Shown here one piece after another: positions 49,426-56,841 of a stretch of 56,841 nucleotides of DNA (position 1 is the stretch's first letter; each line of letters opens with the position of its first letter). This DNA is from Prorocentrum cordatum (taxonomy: Eukaryota). Where the stretch lies: assembly GCA_963575745.1 (NCBI GenBank), contig CAUYUJ010000062.1, positions 62,001 through 118,841 of the forward strand, written 5' to 3'. Both the position numbers and the translations under genes were made by a program. The notes under the pieces were generated by a model. It had not been told where the DNA came from, ran no database searches, and saw only the letters and a program-made list of their open reading frames with translations.

Positions 49426-49472
<47 letters not shown>
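48690..49472. repeat. (GT)n / (GCGT)n compound microsatellite
   Basis: Direct reading of the sequence. Confidence 0.96.
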
Positions 49473-49474
<2 letters not shown>

Positions 49475-49902
49475 GGTCTTGTTGTCCCCTCGACGCCTGT
49501 TTCATCTCACCGTCTGCCTTGGGCGGGCTGTCTGCCTGATGCTCTCCCTGTCTTTCGGAGTGCCGTTGCACATTTGCGCTGCGCCCATCTTGCTTCTTGT
49601 GCTGCGCACCTCCGTTTGCTGGCGCTCTCCCCCTCCCCTCTCCCCCCTCGCGGCCCACCCAAGTGACCTGGTTGATCCTTATGGGCAGATCCTTGATCCC
49701 CGCGCCGCGTGATTTGGCCTGGCCGCGCGCGTTTTCCGGCTCGACTGCCTGTGCCGCGCCGCCGCGCGCGTGGCCGCAACGCCATTACTATATTATATAT
49801 ATATATATTAATATTATATATATATTAATATATATATATTATATCTTATATATAATATATAAATGCTCGGTCCCCCCCCCCCCCCTGCGATCCCCCCAAA
49901 AC

Positions 49903-49972
<70 letters not shown>

Positions 49973-50280
49973 TACCCCCAAAACACGAAGCCGCGGTCTT
50001 GAGATGCTGGCACCGAACAGCCGCAGACACATGGTCTGTCACAGCGGGCTGTGACCCGAAAAGTATTCCTCCTCATCTTACTCTGCCTCATCCTCCCCCT
50101 CCTCTTCCATCTCCCCCCTCGCCTCCTGCTTCTCCTGTTCCTCGTCCTCCTCCTCCCTCCTCCCTCGTCCTCCACCTTTTGTTCTTCCTCCTGGTCCTCT
50201 CCCTGTTGGAGAACGTTCGGAGCAGAAGGTTGACGGGTGGCAAACCGTAGCAACGAAATGTTCCAAGACTTGAATGGTTC

Positions 50281-50434
50281 CCTTCGTGTCCCCTGTTGTC
50301 CCCTCGTGTCCCCCTCGTGTCCCCTGTTGTTCCCTCGTGTCCCTCTCGTGTCCCCCTTGTGTCCCCTCGTGTCCCCCTCGCGTCCCCCTCGTATCCCCCT
50401 CGTGTCCCCCTTGTGTCCCCTGATGTCCCCTCGT
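50281..50434 (+). repeat. ~11-bp minisatellite (cccctcgtgtc)
   Basis: Direct reading of the sequence. Confidence 0.9.
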
Positions 50435-51428
50435 GTATCACAGGTTTTTCTGGTTTTTCTGGTCTGGGAACAAACGAAACATTGTGTATCACAGGTGTTT
50501 CTGGTTTTTCTGGTTTTCAGGTGCCGACAAACAGGAGGTGGGGGAGCGGTGGGGCGAGGCCGCGGCGAGCATTTCAGCTCCAGAAACAAGGAAAACCAGA
50601 AAAACATGTGATACACAATGTTTCGTTGGTTCCCAGACCAGAAAAACCAGAAACACCTGTGATACACAGTGTTTTCTTGCTCGGAGGCCACGAAACATTG
50701 TGTATCATATGTTTTTCTGGTTGTTCTGGTCTGGGAACCAACGAAACACTGTGTATCACATGTTTTTTTCTGGTTTTTCTGGTTTTCAGGCGCCGACAAA
50801 AAGGGTGAGTGGGGTGCGGGTGGGCGAGCGAGGCGGTAGCTTCAGCTCCCGAACAGGAAAGAACCAGAAAAAACTGTGATACAAAGTGTTTTTTCGTTGG
50901 TTCCCCAGACAGGAAAAAACAGTAAAACATGTGTTGCTATTATTTTCTGTGGAGGCCACGAACGCTGTGTATTCACATGTTTCTGGTTTTTCTGTCTGGG
51001 AACCAACGAAACACTGTGTATCACAGGTTTTTCTGGTTTTTCTGGTTTTTCAGGCGCCGACAAACAGGAGGGGGGGTGCGGTGGGGCGAGGCCGCGGCGA
51101 GCATTTCAGCTCCAGAAACAAGAAAAACCAGAAAAACCTGTGATACACAATGTTTCGTTGGTTCCCAGACCAGAAAAACTAGAACAACCTGTGATACACA
51201 GTGTTTTCTTGCTCGGAGGCCACGAAACACTGTGTATCACATGTTTTTCTGGTTTTCTGGTTTTCAGGTGCCGACAAACAGGAGGGGGGGGCGGTGGGGC
51301 GAGGCCGCGGCGAGCATTTCAGCTCCAGAAACCAGAAAAACCAGAAAAACATGTGATACGCAGTGTTTCGTTGGTTCCCAAACCAGAAAAACCAGAAAAA
51401 CCTGTGATAAACAGTGTTTCGTGGCCTC
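50433..51428. repeat. Tandem array of four foldback units (GC core flanked by inverted AT-rich arms)
   Basis: Cores gg(t/c)gccgacaaa...ggcgag...ttcagctcc at ~50520, 50789, 51053 and 51267; arms tctgggaaccaacgaaacactgtgtatcaca..tttttctgg and their reverse complement ccagaaaaa..tgtgatacacaatgtttcgttggttcccaga. Confidence 0.92.
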
Positions 51429-51712
51429 GGCCGAAACCGATATGCTTGCGCGCACGGTGCCCGTGACGGATGGGCCGAGCGGATGAGTTCGTCAGCCTGG
51501 ATGGCAGGTCGAAGTTGAGTTGCGCATTCGTGCTTTGGGCGCTCTGGGGGGTCGCTGGGGGGGGGATCGTCCTATATTATATAATTAATATATTATATTT
51601 ATGTATATATTGCTATATATTTTTTATATATATATATATATGTATATATATATTATATATATATATTATTATATTTTAATTTAGTGTGTGTGTGTGTGTG
51701 TGCCGTTGTGTG

Positions 51713-51745
<33 letters not shown>

Positions 51746-52014
51746 TGTGTCTGGGGTCTGGTCCTCGCGTCGATGCGCTCTTTCATTGGCATACAGTTCG
51801 TCCGTTTTAGCTACCCCGCACTTTCTCCCACTGGCATCCCCGCCGCATGGCTGGAGGCGGAGTCCCCCATTTTTGCGCCGAAGCCAGCCCTCGGGCCGCG
51901 GAGGGCCTACTTCCGCCGCAGCCCTGCTCGGGAGAAGGAGGCCAGTGACCCGGCGGAGAGCTCGGCAGAATCCGCCCGCCCGGCTTCCGGATCTGGCCTG
52001 GCCCCCCAGGTGGT

Positions 52015-52653
52015 CGTCTTTCGCCTGAGCACTTCCAACCGAAAGATTTAAGAGCTTTTCCCAACTCGACTCGGGCAACTTCACGCAGGGTAAGGCGGAG
52101 GAGGATGGAGCTTCGTCCCCATGACCTGCAGACCGCCCTCAACCGCGTTTTTATCCAGAAAGGTAAGCGCACTCAGGGTGACGCTGCAGCTTACTCTGAC
52201 GAAGTGTTCACTTGTTTCCTGGAGCGCGCCTGCGGCTACAAACACAAGGGCAAGGCGCATCTGGCCACCGCCATCCCATCCTCTGGCTGCCCAAACGGGT
52301 ACGACCCCGCCACCGCGTACCCAGACGCGGCGCTGCTTCGAAAGTTGTCGGGTATTCGTAGGGCGGCCGGGCAGTCCGACATCTGGCGGGAATTCCTAGG
52401 CCTTCGGTCGGACCCCAAGGATTTTCCTACCACGCCGACCCCAACCTCGCGCCCCAGCCTCGCTGCAGCCGGCGCCGCCCCGCGCCCCAGACTCGCTGCA
52501 GCCGGCGGGAGCAGGGCTGCGTCGGCTGGCCGGTCGCCTGACCAGGCCCTCCACTACCGCCGCGTGTGGCATGGTCCGGCCGATAGCCCACAGGACGCCT
52601 CCCCCGCCCCACCGCCGACCAGAGGCCGGGGGGGCGTACCAACTCCGACGTGA
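52015..52653 (+). pseudogene. Unidentified protein-like ORF fragment within a (GT)n-flanked segment
   Basis: MELRPHDLQTALNRVFIQKGK...YSDEVFTCFLERACGYKHKGK...ALLRKLSGIRRAAGQSDIWREFLGL has globular composition; the frame stays open upstream of the ATG at 52105. No family recognised. Confidence 0.35.
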
Positions 52654-54168
52654 CCTGCACGGGCCAGAAGGCCCCCCAGCCATCGGACGCCGTCAGGGGC
52701 ACCGCGCCGGCACCCCAGACGACGGGACGTCACCGTCCCCCCAGGCCCCGACCTGCAAGGCCCGTGGCTGGAGGCCGTCCTCGCCGAAGTCCGCTTCCCA
52801 GCGCGAGGATCGCCCGCCCGCGCACGCGAGGTCGCGCGACTCTGCCAGGCCATTCGCAGGCGCGCCTGTCCGGCAGCCCTGTGCCCCGCCCCACAGGCAG
52901 CGCCCCCCGCCTTGGCCCTGGTGCTGCTGGCTCGGGGGCGCCAACCGGCAAGGGTGCCGGCTCTGCAGGAGCCATCGGCGGACGCCGCCCCAACGCCCCT
53001 GCAGGCGCGTCCTCTGGCAGTGTGCCCTCTGCCAAACGTGCCGCTCCCACCCCTGTTCCCGCCCTCGCCCTCTGGGGCCCGGCTATGGGTCCTGCCCAGC
53101 CAGGCCTTCTCGTTCGGCTGAACGCCATGCGGGCCTTTGGTGTTCCGGCTGCCGGCCAGGGTGCTCTCGCACGGCGGGACTGGACCCGCGACAACGGGCC
53201 CGCGATGGTCGGCTCCGCCCTCCTCGTACCCCCATGCCTCCTCCGTCGACCAGCTCAGCTCCTTCATCTCGGGAGTGGGAGCCGCGTGCGAGGCTGCGGC
53301 CGCCAGAAACTGTGTGCGTGTGTGTTTGGCCGTCGCTGCCCTGGGCCTCCTCTCCCCGGCGCTCTCCTCCCTGGGCGGCTGGCCCCCCCTGCCGCTGCCT
53401 GGCCGCTGCCGCGCCTCGCGCCGCCGCCGCTCCGCCCCCGCGGGCCGCCCTCCGCCGCTCGCCGCCGCGGGCCGCCCCCCGTCCGCCCCTCCTGCCTTCG
53501 CCCCGCGAGGGCCCTCCGCCCGCTCGGGAGGCCGGCCCTGGCCGTCCCGCGGGGGCCGCCCTCTCGGCCGCCGCCGCGTTCGGCGCCGCGCCCGGCCTCG
53601 CCGGCGCTTCGCTGCCTTGGGATCGGCCTGCGGGCGCTCGGAGCACGTCGCCCCGCCTCTGCTTCTTCGTCGGCAGCGCCCCGGCATGCTAAAAGCTGCG
53701 TGTGCGTCGCCCCCCCCCCCCCCCCCAGGGGGCGACGCGGGCACCGCGAGATCTCACAGTCGAGGTGTCGTGGCGGGCGCTTTCTGGCCACACCGCTCCG
53801 GAAACGATACACCGAGAGTGGTTGTACTGTATGTTCGGGCCGGACGCGCGCCTCCGAGGAGGACATATAGTACTCGTATGTTCTTGCGCGTTCCATTTCA
53901 GGTCGTCCGTGACCTCCTTGTCGCTCTGGTCTGCTTCCTCGCTCCCCCCGCCTTCCAGTCCCGGTTGGCTTGTGGCACCTTCAACTTCACCGTGGTCTCG
54001 TCCATCCACTGCTCCCCTCCGCCATCCACGGCGGGATGGCTATGGCTGCAGGCGGCTGCGAGACCCTGATTGGTCCCTGAGTGCTCGGGAGGGCTCAGAC
54101 GCGCGCGCACCATGTGCAGGTCTCCGACCTTCTACGCCCTGTCGCTGCGCGCAGGGCCGCGACGCCAT

Positions 54169-54366
<198 letters not shown>

Positions 54367-54589
54367 ACGGCGTCCTGGGCAAAATGCACTCCAGTTTCGT
54401 CCAAAACATTGTGACCGCCCGTGTCGGCGCGCTGGGAACTGCGGAGAAGAAAAGTCACGGCGACTTTTTGCACATGCTCTTGAACTGGAGTGGGCAGCGT
54501 CTGATGCGCAGGGTCGGCTGTGTGATTGCTTTGTGGCTACGTTATTTCCAGGAGCGAACCTCTACAGATGTCTGTAACGAAGCGGAACA

Positions 54590-55160
54590 GGCTGCAATGC
54601 CAGGAACGCGTCGCGGAGAGCATGGTGGCACATATAATGTGCCTTGGGACCCAGTCTTGAAAATAATGATGTGCTCCCAGGGCGAACTGAGTCAGTCAAT
54701 ACCTCCTTGGGTTCGTTTGCATTCACGGTTGGCCTCAACCGTCTTGGGGTTCTGTTCCCACGATTCAACGGCTTTCGGATTGGCGCACAATTGCGAGGCA
54801 TTCCTACGTAGTGGGTTGAGTGCGGTCCAGAAGGAGAGCACTAGTGGGGACGCCCTAGAGATCCTGTTAGTTGGTCCTTGTGAAGCCTTGAGAGGATCTT
54901 GGGAGGTTTGGAGATATTGAAAGAGGCCCTTCTGGGACCCCCCTCCGTCCAACAGAGCTCCCGGTGGACCCCAGTGGGGTTCCTACAGAGGCGCACCAAG
55001 GGCGTCCACGATGAGTCGGAGGCCGAAAAGCTTGCTTTCTTCTGCGCCTTGTGTTGAATGAAGTTAAGTGGGTTTCACGCGCCTTGGGAGGCCAGCTGAC
55101 TTCTGATTCCTCGTGCGAATTCCAATGAATTAGTGGTTGCGATGCCAGTATTTGAGGTTG
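54590..55160 (-). mobile_element. Probable decayed APE-type endonuclease of a non-LTR retrotransposon
   Basis: Ordered motif remnants over two frames: RETHL (cf. QETHL), WCASVGTPLGSTGSSVG (cf. SGGV), QYLQTSQ (cf. xYL), CKRTQGGID* (cf. T..IDY), PCSPRRVP (cf. SxHxPV). The GDFN motif was not found. Confidence 0.4.
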
Positions 55161-56131
55161 GATGTTTGGTCCAGTCCAGGGTGCCCAGAGGTGAGCGTCT
55201 TGCTGGGTTCTGTGGGGGCTTAGGATGTTGGTAGAGCTGGTTCTACGTTTCGCGGCTTTGGAAGGGGCTGGTGAGAGGGGAGACGCAGGGAAAGCAGAGC
55301 AGGGACGGAGGGAGGGCGGAGAGAGATCGTAGGACACTGGAGGGAGGAGGGGGAGGAGGAGGAGGAGCAGTCCGGGGTCCGAACAGAAAGCGTGCTCGTG
55401 ATCTGAGAACGTGGCACTCCGCGCCCGCAAGGTGGACTCTGGCGTTGAGCCCCTGAGGCCACCGAGGACATCGCCAGCCAACCTGCAGGATGAAGATCAT
55501 CCGCTGGCGGGGCCGGGGAGTTCCCCGAGCACGATGGCGACATGCGCGCACAGAGGGCACGACACGATCGTGCACGTGCTCAGAGTTGGTTCCTGCGCCT
55601 CGAGCCCTTGCCAGGGCCCCAAAGGGGAGGGTCTACGTGCGTCCGCCCCACCAATGTCGGCGCACGCCTCATCGTTTCGTGACCCCATGCGGAGATCCGC
55701 CGAAGACGGTTCTCACAATGGCGTTACTCATACGTGCATCTGGCTGGGCCTCGCGCCAGCAGAGTTTACTGCCCCGTGGTCCATGGCCCCGCTGGGCCGA
55801 GCCCAGCATCACGTGAGCCTGGTGGGCCCGCTGTGTGTCGGTGCCCTCGCAAGAGTGCCGGGCCCAATCTAGTCGCACTGCGGGCCCAGAGCATGCCCCC
55901 GCCAGGTGTCTCCTCCGCGTTCCTCCTGGCCCCTTCTTCTGGCTGGCCCGTGAAGAGGGGGCCGCGTCGCGTGGATTCTGGTCGGGGGGAGCGGGGAGGT
56001 CGGGCACAGGACGAACGTGCCCCGAGAGTCCCCACTGGGAGTTGCGGATCAGGACGTGGGCGGCGAGGTGGGCGAAGGTGTGGGGGATGGATGCGCTTTC
56101 CAACTCCCCAGCGGCACTCCGTGTCTTTTTT

Positions 56132-56318
56132 ACACGCCGGTCGTTGAAAGTAGGTATTTTTGGATTCCCAGATCCCAATCTACTTCAAGCGCCTTCCTGC
56201 TTCAAGAATCGGCACGCTTTTGCTGTGTTTTTGCTATTCTCTTGGAGGACCTGGACCCAATCCACTACATCCGCCTTCCTACTTCATGTTTCTACCTACT
56301 TCTTCCGACCGACGTGTG
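56132..56318 (+). repeat. Dispersed repeat, copy of 9821-9999
   Basis: Colinear near-identity with a small insertion near 56290. Confidence 0.85.
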
Positions 56319-56841
56319 CGCTGTCCCCACTGTCCTCCCATGGCTTTGCCTCTGTATACCCAGGCCTGCGGGTGCTCCGTTTTCTGCAGCGCCCGCGCCG
56401 GTTTCAGGGCCCCTCGTGCACTGTCTGCCTCGCGACAGTCTACCTGGCGCACGGGCTTCGCAGTGTCGCGCGCATATGCTTCGCAATGTCTCGGGGGAGC
56501 GTAAGACCCGGGTTTGCCAGGACTCGGGTTCGTCATCGTTTTTTGACGACCGCGCCTCGGATTTAGACGAGGAGGAGTTTCGTGGGATGTCTGCAGCGGG
56601 AGGCCTCGTCAAAATGCAGGCTCGGCCTCGTCATTTTTTTGACCTCGTCGGGGATTTCCGAGTCCCCTGTACCCAGGTCTTACGTCCCCCTGAATGTCGT
56701 GCACAGGGACAGTCGTGCACAGGCTTTGGCAATGTCTATCTCGCGGTCGGTATCCACTCAGCAGTGCTCCTACCGTGCATCTTCTCCCCCACCGCCCGTC
56801 CAGCCTCGGGGAAGGGGAGCGCAGGGGACGCTGTACATGTC

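Larger units (their letters stand above)
49862..51572. mobile_element. Putative 1.7-kb non-autonomous TIR element inserted in (TA)n
   Basis: TA-rich tracts on both sides (~49788-49862 and 51573-51680); left end cggt-Cn-tgcgat-C6-aaaacg mirrors the right-end reverse complement cgat-Cn-agcga-C6-agagcg. Confidence 0.55.

Overview
Repeat-saturated eukaryotic genomic DNA with two 100-N assembly gaps. I can support no intact protein-coding gene, rRNA, tRNA or CRISPR array; almost all ORFs in the track are translations of microsatellites, minisatellites or GC-rich repeats. A decayed PPR array with the consensus ...EQWQxALxLLSEMxxxxLEPDVISxNAGISACEK... and a possible degenerate spliced-leader relic point to a dinoflagellate (Prorocentrum-like); this is inference. 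Supported contents are (1) micro- and minisatellites plus 63-168 bp tandem repeats; (2) small non-autonomous TIR elements, one family with a perfect 8-bp target-site duplication (TSD) and a group of three related ~200-bp elements with TC-type termini and 5-bp TSDs that I cannot assign to a known superfamily; (3) a 77-bp twin-hairpin satellite in two opposed arms, the right arm bounded by 27-bp hairpin-forming imperfect TIRs; (4) a 1.7-kb TIR element inside (TA)n carrying a foldback array; (5) a 5'-truncated RTE-like LINE end and a probable decayed APE endonuclease; (6) a ~4.2-kb frameshifted A/C-skewed coding relic of unknown family, within a block bracketed by oppositely oriented 83-bp arrays. 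All alignments and counts were made by eye.
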